From assembly GCA_934248075.1 (NCBI GenBank), contig CAKQKH010000003.1:46710-110709 (forward strand): DNA of 64,000 nt. The letters run 5' to 3'. Under the pieces are notes generated by a model that made no database searches, had not been told where the DNA came from, and saw nothing but the letters and a program-made list of their open reading frames with translations. The position numbers and the translations under genes were made by a program. The stretch comes from an uncultured Alphaproteobacteria bacterium. Its GTDB lineage: Bacteria; Pseudomonadota; Alphaproteobacteria; RF32; CAG-239. Positions 48,522-58,387 of this stretch are shown here, in pieces (position 1 is the first letter of the stretch; each line of letters opens with the position of its first letter).

Positions 48522-50794
48522 CGCTTTTTACCTTTGTTTATTCGTTTGGTTCGCGCCCTGCGTGATCCCCGATTCGAATGTCCAGACTTTTTGCGTTTTC
48601 CGGCGGTTTTAACTTGTTTCAGCAATGATGCCTCTTTTCCGCCTGCCAACTTTTCCGCAGAATCGTTTTCGGTGTTCTGAGCATTTTGTGTCCGCGCGAT
48701 ACTTCCCTCATTGAGACTTTTGCTAACCGGAGTGTTTTTTGCTGCAGCCCCTTCATTTAGTTGGCGCGATTGGGGCGCGGGATTTTGTCGTACCGCTACC
48801 GGACGCACACCGCCGCTATCACTGTTTTCGCTGACATTCATGCTGTTATCCTCAGACTCGTTATCAGGCGAATTGTCTGCATCACTCCCCAAGCCACTGC
48901 TCAATGGTTGTCCGCCGGACGCCTTAGCGCCATCAGCTTCCTCGCCGCCTCCGCCGGCAAAAGCACCGCGAATTTTTCCCCACAGTTTTTTAGGAGCGCC
49001 TTTAAGGTGTCGCCCTATTGCTTCACGAGTAGATTGTGTAGTTTTCAGTGCAAAACTCTTAGCCGCAGAAGCTCCAATCGTCGCAATACTTGGAGCAATC
49101 GGTTTGAGCGCGCCAGATGCAAAAGCTCCAGCCATCTCTTTAGTTTGTCCTATAAACTTAAAGCCAAAAATACAGCAAAACAGCAAAATCAAAAAGCCCA
49201 CGCCGGAAATATCGGTCAAATTAACCAACTCTTTCTCATTTTGAGTGTTAATCGCTTTTGCAATAGCATACAAACTACCCATTTTAACTTCACAATGTTC
49301 GGCATCTTGACAAGTTTCTTCATTAACCGTGTCGGTCTGCTCGTTTACCGTAAAGTTAACCGCCGCGCTCACCAAATTCAAATCAACCGTAATCACCATG
49401 CCGGCAAACATAAATATAAACGCGCTGTTTAAAATCATATTCCACCCGACTTTAGAATATTTGGAGGTTATCTTAAACGGCCAAGAGGCAATCAAAAAGG
49501 GCATCAAAGCTCCGGCCAACCCCAGTTGCACCACCGCGTCCAAAAGATAAAATGCAAAAGCTATTGCCATCAAAAATGCAAACGCCGCTAACAATATACC
49601 TTGAATCATCATCATAAAGCCGGCGCCAAAAGTTATGATTGACCCCGGAGTAATCATTCCGTGGCCTCCAATACAAATCAGTGATGAACCAATCCCCTGC
49701 ATAAAAGATATGTTACGCTGAACATTAACCACAAAATTATCAAGATTCAGATACAAATCTCCGTCAAAATACGTTGTGTTGGTCAGCATTGCCCGCCGCT
49801 TGGTAATACCTGGATTCTGTTCCTCCATTTTTTGATCATCAGTCAAATTATCACTAGTTTTAATTACCGAATACCGCTCATCTAGCATTGCGTTGCCAAA
49901 AGCCAATCCGGCTTTTAGCACCGGCGTAATTCCAAGCTCAAATATCTGAGTTGAATATTGCAACAACAAAAAGGCAATCAAAACCTTGTAGCTTTGTTTA
50001 ATCAGATTGGTCAAAAATTTTGGAGCGTCTTGTTTGGTCAGAGAACTAACTTGTGTCAGTGTTTGTACTGCCACCCAGAGAGCCAAACCTAACATCAAAA
50101 TCGTTGCAAAAGCCGTCGCCAAATTTTTAAAAGATATTGCGGTAATTTCTCCCGATACTTTATACATTGTTGAAAACAGCGGACAGAAAAAGCATTTGCG
50201 GGCATTATACAACTTAACCGGCAAAACTTCACACCCGCGAATAGAGGCGCTATTCTTCCCCTCATTGGCGTATTTAAGAGTTATTTTGTCTCCAATATCT
50301 ACAGAATATTTATTTCCATCTGAACCATCAAAAACCTTCTTATAGCGAACTGGAATCCCAAACACAGTTTTCTTAAAATCACAACCAGTAAAACATTGTG
50401 TCGCGTTATTGGAAGGAGGCTCTTCTCCTTTAAGAAGACAACTGTACTCATATGTATCGCAGACACCCAAAGACTTACCTGTCTCAGGATCAATTTTGTC
50501 AGTGCGACAATATTGCCAACAAATATTTGTTTCTAGATCGCAAGGATAACTTCCACATTGAATATAAGTGGTCTTTTGCTCTTCATTATTATCAATACTA
50601 AGTTCTTTATCGTGTTGTTTTTTTAAGGTGTTTAATATATTAGTCGCTTTTATATTGGCGACATCAGTGGCATAATCATAGGCATCTCGTGCTATTAATT
50701 CATCTTTTAATGTTTCCGAAAATGCGCAAACAGGCATCGCTAATAATATTAGCGAAAAGCCAAGCAATCTGAGAATGTTCTTGCCCATAGCCAT
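48518..50794 (-). CDS. Large polytopic membrane protein, TrbL/VirB6-like (type IV secretion inner-membrane component candidate)
   Basis: 758 aa. It has a signal peptide, a Cys-rich N-terminal domain and at least 6 TM helices. The segment LGLAGALMPFLIASWPFKITSKYSKVGWNMIL resembles the TrbL/VirB6 core. The Gly/Ser/Ala/Asn-rich tail ends in KRKKSGHSNRGSRRARTKRINKGKKR. The family call is motif-level only. Confidence 0.5.
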   Translation of the reverse strand: MAMGKNILRLLGFSLILLAMPVCAFSETLKDELIARDAYDYATDVANIKATNILNTLKKQHDKELSIDNNEEQKTTYIQCGSYPCDLETNICWQYCRTDKIDPETGKSLGVCDTYEYSCLLKGEEPPSNNATQCFTGCDFKKTVFGIPVRYKKVFDGSDGNKYSVDIGDKITLKYANEGKNSASIRGCEVLPVKLYNARKCFFCPLFSTMYKVSGEITAISFKNLATAFATILMLGLALWVAVQTLTQVSSLTKQDAPKFLTNLIKQSYKVLIAFLLLQYSTQIFELGITPVLKAGLAFGNAMLDERYSVIKTSDNLTDDQKMEEQNPGITKRRAMLTNTTYFDGDLYLNLDNFVVNVQRNISFMQGIGSSLICIGGHGMITPGSIITFGAGFMMMIQGILLAAFAFLMAIAFAFYLLDAVVQLGLAGALMPFLIASWPFKITSKYSKVGWNMILNSAFIFMFAGMVITVDLNLVSAAVNFTVNEQTDTVNEETCQDAEHCEVKMGSLYAIAKAINTQNEKELVNLTDISGVGFLILLFCCIFGFKFIGQTKEMAGAFASGALKPIAPSIATIGASAAKSFALKTTQSTREAIGRHLKGAPKKLWGKIRGAFAGGGGEEADGAKASGGQPLSSGLGSDADNSPDNESEDNSMNVSENSDSGGVRPVAVRQNPAPQSRQLNEGAAAKNTPVSKSLNEGSIARTQNAQNTENDSAEKLAGGKEASLLKQVKTAGKRKKSGHSNRGSRRARTKRINKGKKR

Positions 50795-50968
50795 GTTGCA
50801 CCTGTAACCAATAATCTACTAACTGATTCTATCATAGCACATAAATTACTTATAAATTGTTACAGTTTTTTGATTTTTTTATCATTTTAACATAAAAACC
50901 TTGCCTTTTTGTCCAAATATTTATAAATTAACAGACAAAGAATAGTATTAATTTAAATTATTATAGTT

Positions 50969-51754
50969 ATGAAAAAGTTTTTCTTTTTTCTGCTGACGGC
51001 AATAGTTGCTCTCAGCCTTGGTAGCTGCACCAAATTTCAAAGTGCTGGTCCCAACAGCGAGCGCTTTTATGTTATCAAAAAGATTGATGGCAAAACTCAG
51101 TATGGCGTCGCCATTAGCAACGATGTTCAACTGTTTATTTCTGTTGGCAAGTACTGCTACGGAAAGCTAAAAGTGCCGGAGTCATATATATGCGTACCGT
51201 GCAAATATGACGACATTACATTCACCAAAGTCGGCGAAGCAATGATGTTTGTCTGTCACAAAAACAAACAAATGTTTCTCTATGGCGCCAACGGAACGTC
51301 TTATGCCAACGGCAATCCGATAACTGATGTTAAATTCCTTGGCAACGGCAGAGGGCTATGTTTTAACACTAAATGGGAATATAAATTTTATTCTCCTGTT
51401 GGTGTTTATACCACCTTAATTGGCCCGTATGAGGATGTAAACGTTGGTTTCTTTGGATACAGCATTAAGGAAAAAGGCAAATGGGGTTATGTGTATGGTC
51501 GCAAAGGTATCACGACCTCCCCATGCTTCCAACAGACTGTTCCTTGCCAGTATGATGAGATTATTGAAGCTATTTCTGATAATTTCAACTACAATCTGGC
51601 TTTAGTGCGTCAAGGCAACAGTTGGTATGCTTATACCAATCAAGGACACATCAAAAAAGTAAATCCGGCGTTTATACGCTATGCCAAAAGCATAAAAGAC
51701 AAAAACACGTCGGAACCATTTTTTACCATGCATTATGACCGTAAGGCATGGTAA
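50969..51754 (+). CDS. Lipoprotein with WG-containing (KWG-type) repeats
   Basis: 261 aa. The lipobox is ALSLGSC. It shows repeated aromatic/Gly patterns including GKWGYVYGRKG. Confidence 0.6.
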   Translation: MKKFFFFLLTAIVALSLGSCTKFQSAGPNSERFYVIKKIDGKTQYGVAISNDVQLFISVGKYCYGKLKVPESYICVPCKYDDITFTKVGEAMMFVCHKNKQMFLYGANGTSYANGNPITDVKFLGNGRGLCFNTKWEYKFYSPVGVYTTLIGPYEDVNVGFFGYSIKEKGKWGYVYGRKGITTSPCFQQTVPCQYDEIIEAISDNFNYNLALVRQGNSWYAYTNQGHIKKVNPAFIRYAKSIKDKNTSEPFFTMHYDRKAW

Positions 51755-51840
51755 CCAAAAAGCTCTGCAATCTTGCAGGGCTTTTTATTTGCATTAATAC
51801 TCAGATTTTCAGAGAGGTTAAATAGCATGCGCGAATAAAA

Positions 51841-52236
51841 GGCGAGGAAAATTTTAGTGTACAAAGAAGTACATGAATTTTCCGAGACCGTGCTAAATGC
51901 CTCTAGATGTGCCGTTATACGGTATCAAAACTGATAAAGGCTTGCGCTACGCTGATTAAGGTAAGCGACGTGTACAAAAATAGGTACACGAGCGAACCGC
52001 AATCGCAAATGAATCAAAAAGTCCGGAGAACGATACAGATAGAGGCATTTAGAAGGCGAGGAAAATTTTAGTGTACAAAGAAGTACATGAATTTTCCGAA
52101 ACCATGCTAAATGCCTCTAGATGTGCCGTTATACGGTATCAAAACTGATAAAGGCTTGCGCTACGCTGATTAAGGTGAGCGACGTGTACAAAAACAGGTA
52201 CACGAGCGAACCGCAATCAAGTATGGCAAGCCTTTT
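51841..52236 (-). repeat. Structured intergenic repeat, family B: two tandem 214-bp composite units downstream of hppA
   Basis: Units starting at 51841 and 52055 differ at about 4 positions. Each holds a long hairpin (GGAAAATT..GTGTACAAAGAAGTACAT..AATTTTCC inside AGAGGCATTTAG/CTAAATGCCTCT) and a second GTAC hairpin (CGTGTACAAAAAYAGGTACACG). Confidence 0.85.
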
Positions 52237-52250
52237 GCAGCTTTGACTTT

Positions 52251-54665
52251 TTAGAGTTTCTCGATACGCATCCGATAGAACGATCTCCATACAAAGATCA
52301 AACCAAGGATGAAGAAACCGATTCCCAAACTTAGGGATACACAACGTGGAGCTGATACGGCCATTTCAACGGCCAACAGACCAAACAGAGTGGTAAATTT
52401 GATAATCGGGTTCAGCGCTACCGAAGAAGTATCTTTGTAGGGGTCGCCTACGGTGTCACCGACTACGGCGGCGGCATGCAGAGGAGTACCCTTTTCATTT
52501 AAATCCACTTCTACGACTTTCTTGGCATTATCCCAGGCTCCGCCGGCATTGGCCATATAGAGCGCTTGGAACAACCCAAAGACTGCGATTGAGATCAGGT
52601 AGCTGGCAAACAGATTCGCATCAAAACAAGCAAACGCCATCGTAAACGAGAAGATTACGATAAAGATATTGAACATACCTTTCTGCGCATAAAGAGTGCA
52701 AATCTGTACAACCTTTTTAGAGTCCTCAATCGAAGCAGCTTTAGCAGTATCAAGTTTAATGTGTTTCTTGATATAGTTAACCGCACGATACGCACCGGTA
52801 GAAACCGCCTGCATAGATGCTCCCGAGAACCAGAAGATAACCGCGCCGCCCAAAATAATTCCGAACAGGACTTCCGGAGCCAGCAGGTTTAGTTGCAAGT
52901 TCAAGAGCAAGATGATTGAGAAAATCATGGTGGTTGCGCCAATAACCGCTGTGCCAATCAGCACCGGTTTGGCCGTGGCCTTAAAGGTATTGCCGGCACT
53001 GTCATTTTCTTCCAGATAATGCTTGCCGTTCTCAAAATCAGGCTTAAAGCCATAGTCTTTTTCAATTTCTTTAGCAATGCCTTTTTGGCTCTCAATCTGT
53101 GAAAGTTCAAACACAGACTGAGCATTATCGGTAACCGGACCATAGGAGTCAACAGCGATAGTAACCGGCCCCATGCCCAGCATACCAAAGGCCACCAAAC
53201 CAAAAGCGAATACGGTCGGATAAACCATATAAGCATCTAGTCCGGTGCGCGCCGTAAAGAACGCAATCGCCATCAGACCGACCATTACCAATCCCTGCCA
53301 AAAGGCTGAGAAGTTACCGGCAATAATACCAGAGATAATGTTCAGAGAAGCGCCCGCTTCACGACTGGCATTAACCACTTCTTCAACGTGCTTAGATTTT
53401 GAAGAAGTAAAGATTTTGGTAAATTCCGGAATCAAGGCCGCCGCCAAAGTGCCGCAGGAAATGATAACCGAAAGTTTCCACCACAAAGCTCCGAAACCGG
53501 CCAACATCACATAAGAAACGCCAAATGTTACCAAAATAGAAATGATTGAAGTCAACCAAATCAATGTGGTTAACGGGGTTTCAAAGTTAAATGATTTCTT
53601 GTTGCCAAATATGGCGGCAGAAGCCTTTGAATTCAACCAATAAGACACGATTGAGGTCAAAATCATCAGCACGCGCATAACAAAAATCCAGACAATCAAG
53701 CGAGCCTGAAAATCAACGCCGTTTTCCATCAACATCAAATTGCCGTTGGGGGCATACATCATACCAGCGCCCAAAACAATAAAGCTGATAAGAGCAACAC
53801 CGGTTACGCCGTAGGTTTCAAAACCATCTGCAGTCGGACCAACCGAGTCGCCGGCATTATCACCGGTACAGTCGGCAATCACGCCGGGGTTGCGGGCATC
53901 ATCTTCATCAATCTTAAAAATGATTTTCATCAAATCTGCGCCAATGTCGGCAATCTTGGTAAAGATACCGCCACAAATACGCAATGCGGCAGCGCCCAGC
54001 GATTCGCCGATAGCAAAGCCCACAAAGCAGGCGCCGGCGTTTTCTTTGGCCACAAACAGCAAAATGGTAATCATCATAATCAGCTCAACGCAAATCAGCA
54101 AAACGCCAATAGACATTCCTGAGCGCAATGGCAGGCTCATCACCGGATACGGCTGTCCCTTAAGCGACAAAAAAGCCGTGCGGGAATTGGCATAAGTATT
54201 GATTCTCATGCCGAACCACGCCACCAAAAACGATCCCAAAATACCAAAGATTGACCACATCAAAATAGTCAACACCTTAGACATTGGGGTAGCATTAAGA
54301 TAATAAAAATAATAAAAAATGCAGGCGGCAATAAACAACTCTAAAACCACCAACAATTTTGCCTGCTGTTTCATATAAGTTTTGCAGGTTTCATAAATAG
54401 TATTAGAAACATTGAGCATCAGCTTGTGAGCCGGCATTTTTTTGATCAAGCAAAATTCGCTCAAACCAAAAACCATACCCAAAACACAGATACCCATACC
54501 ATACAAAAGCAACTGTGCGCCTGTTACAGACCAGCCGAAGATATTGTAAGCAACATCTAACGACGGCACTTTTAGGTCAATCTCAGATGCCATGGCACTT
54601 GTAGCAAACGCCACAGTTAGCAGCATTGCCAAAGCAAAACTGCTAATTTTTTTTAAGTTTATCAT
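52251..54665 (-). CDS. hppA: Membrane-bound proton-translocating pyrophosphatase (V-PPase)
   Basis: 804-aa polytopic protein with motifs GGIFTKIADIGADL, DNAGDSVGP, GDTVGDPYKDTSSVALNPIIKF and GGAWDNAKK. Confidence 0.95.
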   Translation of the reverse strand: MINLKKISSFALAMLLTVAFATSAMASEIDLKVPSLDVAYNIFGWSVTGAQLLLYGMGICVLGMVFGLSEFCLIKKMPAHKLMLNVSNTIYETCKTYMKQQAKLLVVLELFIAACIFYYFYYLNATPMSKVLTILMWSIFGILGSFLVAWFGMRINTYANSRTAFLSLKGQPYPVMSLPLRSGMSIGVLLICVELIMMITILLFVAKENAGACFVGFAIGESLGAAALRICGGIFTKIADIGADLMKIIFKIDEDDARNPGVIADCTGDNAGDSVGPTADGFETYGVTGVALISFIVLGAGMMYAPNGNLMLMENGVDFQARLIVWIFVMRVLMILTSIVSYWLNSKASAAIFGNKKSFNFETPLTTLIWLTSIISILVTFGVSYVMLAGFGALWWKLSVIISCGTLAAALIPEFTKIFTSSKSKHVEEVVNASREAGASLNIISGIIAGNFSAFWQGLVMVGLMAIAFFTARTGLDAYMVYPTVFAFGLVAFGMLGMGPVTIAVDSYGPVTDNAQSVFELSQIESQKGIAKEIEKDYGFKPDFENGKHYLEENDSAGNTFKATAKPVLIGTAVIGATTMIFSIILLLNLQLNLLAPEVLFGIILGGAVIFWFSGASMQAVSTGAYRAVNYIKKHIKLDTAKAASIEDSKKVVQICTLYAQKGMFNIFIVIFSFTMAFACFDANLFASYLISIAVFGLFQALYMANAGGAWDNAKKVVEVDLNEKGTPLHAAAVVGDTVGDPYKDTSSVALNPIIKFTTLFGLLAVEMAVSAPRCVSLSLGIGFFILGLIFVWRSFYRMRIEKL

Positions 54666-54837
54666 TTTCGATCCCTTAAAAGATTAATCCAATAAAAATA
54701 TAACATCTCCGCCGAACAAAGCATCGGCAACAGATTCTTGTTATGCTGACAAGCCTACTCCTAAGATTCTAAAAAATCTCTTAAATAATGCAAAATATTA
54801 ACACACTCTAAATTTCAGATTATTTCTGAGCGCGTCT

Positions 54838-55389
54838 TTACAACATCAAAAACAGCGATAATGCCACAAAACCATATAACAATATCCCGCTCACATACAT
54901 ACGCGCGACCCGAAAATCCGCCCCCGACGGCATGGCATTTTCAATAATAATCGTTTGCAACAACACATATAACACATAGTTTACAAAAGTCGGACGCATG
55001 GCCGGCAAAAAATATCGATTCAGATAAAACCCTATCGGCAACAACAGCAACGGCGCCATTGAAGCCGGAACCGCATTATAAAAAGTTACATTTCTAAAAC
55101 CAACACTCCCCATAACATAATTACCATCTTCCCCTCGCCGTGGAAAAATCGTAAAATTACAAGGTCTTGCATTCAAAATCATTCCCACGAAGAAATGCAT
55201 AAACTCATGCAAAACCGTTCCGGGAATATTCACAACCGCTGACAACCACATTGAACGATATGTTGTATATTTAATCCGCAGTAAAACAATCACCAGCAAT
55301 ATTAGATAAAAACGGTTGTCAAAAAAACCGCGCAAGAACACCGGACTATTAAGCAAACTCAAAAGCTTATAATAAACATCGTACAGCAT
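54838..55389 (-). CDS. Hypothetical polytopic membrane protein with an HExxH motif (putative membrane metallopeptidase-like)
   Basis: 183 aa with about 5 TM helices. HEFMH lies at the start of a TM helix (VLHEFMHFFVGMIL). The gene begins 5 nt downstream of the tetR-family gene. Confidence 0.5.
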   Translation of the reverse strand: MLYDVYYKLLSLLNSPVFLRGFFDNRFYLILLVIVLLRIKYTTYRSMWLSAVVNIPGTVLHEFMHFFVGMILNARPCNFTIFPRRGEDGNYVMGSVGFRNVTFYNAVPASMAPLLLLPIGFYLNRYFLPAMRPTFVNYVLYVLLQTIIIENAMPSGADFRVARMYVSGILLYGFVALSLFLML

Positions 55390-55393
55390 TGCC

Positions 55394-56023
55394 TTACCTC
55401 TTCAAGCTGGCCAAACCGGCCAAATATGTGTTCAACAGCAATTTACAAATATTATCTTTATTAACTCCCCGTATTCGTTTCGTCGATTCGCCGGTCAAAA
55501 ATCCACTGATTGCAAACAATGCCATTTCCAAAACTCTTAACGCCGCGCGCCGTTCAGCTTTGTTAAGCCGCTCAAACATTACTTGCGCTTGCTTGTCTAT
55601 CAGCGTTTCCATGCGACAAATTTGCTGTTTATAGGCCTGAACCTTACCGCCGATTGGAGCCACCAATTGCTCCCGATACAACAACATCCACAAATTGCGA
55701 TTATTGCATACAAACGAGCTAAAGACATCGGCGTAGCGATTAAGATTAACATATGGATTCTCTTCAGGAATAATTACCCTAAGCGCCGCGGTCAATTCTT
55801 TCAAGGTTATCACATTTTCCGCGCAAATAAAGTCTTCCATAGTTGCAAAAGTGTTATAAATAGTGCCTACCGAAGTATTGGACGCTTCTGAAAGTTTGCG
55901 TGCGGTCAAAAACTCCGGCCCTTTGTCAATCACCAGTTTCCTGCCGGTCTTAAGCAACGCATCACGCACCTGCTCCCGTACAAATTTTTTTAATCGTAAA
56001 TTTTTAGCTTTGTCTTCAGTCAT
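55394..56023 (-). CDS. TetR-family transcriptional regulator
   Basis: The sequence from ATG 56023 begins MTEDKAKNLRLKKFVREQVRDALLKTGRKLV..GPEFLTARKLSEASNTSVGTIYNTFATMEDF, which is a TetR-type HTH. The track start at 56101 is an extension. Confidence 0.8.
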   Translation of the reverse strand: MTEDKAKNLRLKKFVREQVRDALLKTGRKLVIDKGPEFLTARKLSEASNTSVGTIYNTFATMEDFICAENVITLKELTAALRVIIPEENPYVNLNRYADVFSSFVCNNRNLWMLLYREQLVAPIGGKVQAYKQQICRMETLIDKQAQVMFERLNKAERRAALRVLEMALFAISGFLTGESTKRIRGVNKDNICKLLLNTYLAGLASLKR

Positions 56024-56138
56024 TGTTTCCAACCTGAAAAATCTTATATATTTAACAAAATATTTGTAATTATAGATATACAATAAACAAAACTTGAACA
56101 CTGTTCAATTCAAATTTTCAGCCAAAAGGATAAATTTG

Positions 56139-56960
56139 ATGAAAAAGATACTCTTGCCGCTGTTTGTTTTGCCGTTGTTTATAGCCGGTGGCGCCGTCGC
56201 TCAAATATCACAAGATATGCTATTGGATTCTGACGCTATTGCCTCTATTGGCCCCGATAAAGATGCCGTTATTGCCGCAGAAGAAAGCGCTCGCAACCTT
56301 TTGCAACAAAAACCGCAAAATCTACGCAAACAGACCTTTCCTAAGCTTCGCAATCGCCCCCTGTCCGAGCCTGTCAAAGCCGTTTCCCGTTCGCAATCTG
56401 CGCCTTTTGGCTTAGTATGGGGAGCAAGCATCGCCGCAACCCGCAATCAGGGCGTCAACCTCACCTACATAGACGAGAGCAATTATGAAAATAATTTTAG
56501 CGCCACTCATTTGCCCAAACCGCTTCAAGACATCACTCAAGTTGACCTAACCTTTGGCGCAGAAGACGAGCTTTGGCGGATTCTCGCCTATGGCAAACGC
56601 CTTGATGACGACAATGCCGCCTCAAAAGTAATCAATATGTATCAGACATACGCCAAATTTTTAGAGCAAAAATACGGCCACAAGCAAGAATTCTTTACTC
56701 CAGCAACAATTTCTGTCACCAAACAAAATGCCCAAGGCAAGGATTACACCGTGCAAGAATCAGCCCCGCTTGGCAACCCCGATTTTTTGCAACAACTGCA
56801 AAGCGGCGCCGCCACGCTATATTCCACGTACTACAATCAAGAAGTTGGCGCGGCTTTGGCCGTAAATGTTGACGGTAACGGAAAAAGTTATATAGTAATC
56901 GACTATAAAAATTTACCGATTTTACAGGCGCGAGAAAAAGAAACCATTGATGCGCTCTAA
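56139..56960 (+). CDS. Hypothetical secreted protein
   Basis: The sequence from ATG 56139 begins with the signal peptide MKKILLPLFVLPLFIAGGAVAQ. No family was recognised. Confidence 0.55.
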   Translation: MKKILLPLFVLPLFIAGGAVAQISQDMLLDSDAIASIGPDKDAVIAAEESARNLLQQKPQNLRKQTFPKLRNRPLSEPVKAVSRSQSAPFGLVWGASIAATRNQGVNLTYIDESNYENNFSATHLPKPLQDITQVDLTFGAEDELWRILAYGKRLDDDNAASKVINMYQTYAKFLEQKYGHKQEFFTPATISVTKQNAQGKDYTVQESAPLGNPDFLQQLQSGAATLYSTYYNQEVGAALAVNVDGNGKSYIVIDYKNLPILQAREKETIDAL

Positions 56961-56985
56961 TAATTAAACTTAAGGATATCTAATT

Positions 56986-58347
56986 ATGACTAAAATTGCC
57001 TTTTGTGGCGCCGCCGGCAACGGCATCAGCCCTCTGGAACAAATAATGCTAAAAAAAGGATACACCGTGTACGGATCAGACCGCGGTTTTGATGAAGGAA
57101 AAGACGCTGACCGCCGTCAAGCTTTGGAATCCGTGGGGCTTAAAATCATTCCTCAAGACGGTTCCGGCATCACTCCTGATATCAGTTGCGTATATGCTTC
57201 TGCGGCGTTAGATGAAAACAATCCCGATATCAAAGCCGCTCGCCACTTTGGCATTCCCGTCAAAAGCCGTTCTGACTTATTGGAGGAAATCTTTAGCACC
57301 TACGCCAAAGGCATTGCCGTCGGCGGAACTGCCGGAAAAACCACAACCACCGCTATGATTGGCTATATCTTAGATGTCCTCGGGCAAAAACCAACCATGA
57401 TCAACGGCGGAATGCTCTGCAATTATTCCAACAATTCCGGTTTGCCCAACTACCTGTACAACAATGGCAACATCTGCGTAATTGAAGCCGATGAAAGCGA
57501 TGGTTCAATTCGCAAGTATCACCCCTATATCGGTCTGGTAAATAACATTTCGCATGATCACACCAGCATTGAAAAGCTGGTAGAATATTTTTCCAGCTTT
57601 GCTTCCCATATTACTCATGCCCTGATTGTCAATTACGATTGTCCCCGCGCTCGTCAGCTGCAAAGCCCCGCGCAAAAATTTACCTATTCAATTAACAACC
57701 CCGCCGCTGATCTGGTTGCCACCAATGTCACAGCCATACGCGACGGAATTGAATATTCCATAGACGGCCGCAAATTTCACCTTAATTTAATTGGTAAATT
57801 TAATGTTTCCAACGCATTGGCTGCCATTTCTGCTTGCCTTATGCTGGGAATTGACAAATTTCAAGCCGCTGAAGCTCTGCAAGGTTTCACCGGCGTTAAA
57901 GTCCGTCTGGAAAAGATTGGAAGCAAAAATGGCATAACCATTTACAATGATTTTGCTCACAACCCCAGCAAGATTGAGGCCTCTTTGGCGGCTCTCAAAG
58001 ATCACCCCGGCCGTATTATCGCCATGTATCAACCTCACACGCCGTTTTCTGCCGTCAATACCGGAGCCGAAGTCGCCGAGGCTGTGGCAAGAGTCCTGGC
58101 TCCAGAGGATATTATGTTGATGCAAGAGATTTACGAACTGACTCCGCAAGATGTCGGCATATCTTCAGCCAATATCATTAATGATATCAAAGAAAAAGGA
58201 CACCTTAACGCTTTGTTTTTACCTTGCAAAGATGATACTCGCGAGTTCATACGCAAAAACGCCAAATCCGGAGACCGTATTGTCATTATGGGGGCACACG
58301 ATAATTCTTTAGCCGATTTTAGCCGCGAGCTTCTCAATGAGATTTAG
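56986..58347 (+). CDS. Mur ligase family protein (MurC/Mpl-like)
   Basis: 453 aa. The N-terminal Rossmann-like region is GISPLEQIMLKKGYTVYGSD, the P-loop is GIAVGGTAGKTTTTAMIG, and DFAHNP follows. The gene is not in a dcw cluster context. Confidence 0.8.
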   Translation: MTKIAFCGAAGNGISPLEQIMLKKGYTVYGSDRGFDEGKDADRRQALESVGLKIIPQDGSGITPDISCVYASAALDENNPDIKAARHFGIPVKSRSDLLEEIFSTYAKGIAVGGTAGKTTTTAMIGYILDVLGQKPTMINGGMLCNYSNNSGLPNYLYNNGNICVIEADESDGSIRKYHPYIGLVNNISHDHTSIEKLVEYFSSFASHITHALIVNYDCPRARQLQSPAQKFTYSINNPAADLVATNVTAIRDGIEYSIDGRKFHLNLIGKFNVSNALAAISACLMLGIDKFQAAEALQGFTGVKVRLEKIGSKNGITIYNDFAHNPSKIEASLAALKDHPGRIIAMYQPHTPFSAVNTGAEVAEAVARVLAPEDIMLMQEIYELTPQDVGISSANIINDIKEKGHLNALFLPCKDDTREFIRKNAKSGDRIVIMGAHDNSLADFSRELLNEI

Positions 58348-58387
58348 CTCTCATAAAAAAACAGGGCGCCAACTCCGCCCTGTTTTT

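Noticed and set aside
48711-49432. Plus-strand ORFs of 177 and 223 aa (Pro/Ser/Ala/Arg-rich)
   Set aside because: They are antisense to the low-complexity tail of the TrbL/VirB6-like gene. Two overlapping frames are open only because of the biased composition.
51841-52236. Possible CRISPR array (regularly spaced repeats); the same question applies to 3575-3694
   Set aside because: The repeats are 214 bp and 24 bp with no unique spacers between them. The units are near-identical throughout, no cas genes are present, and the units fold as long hairpins that also occur singly elsewhere.
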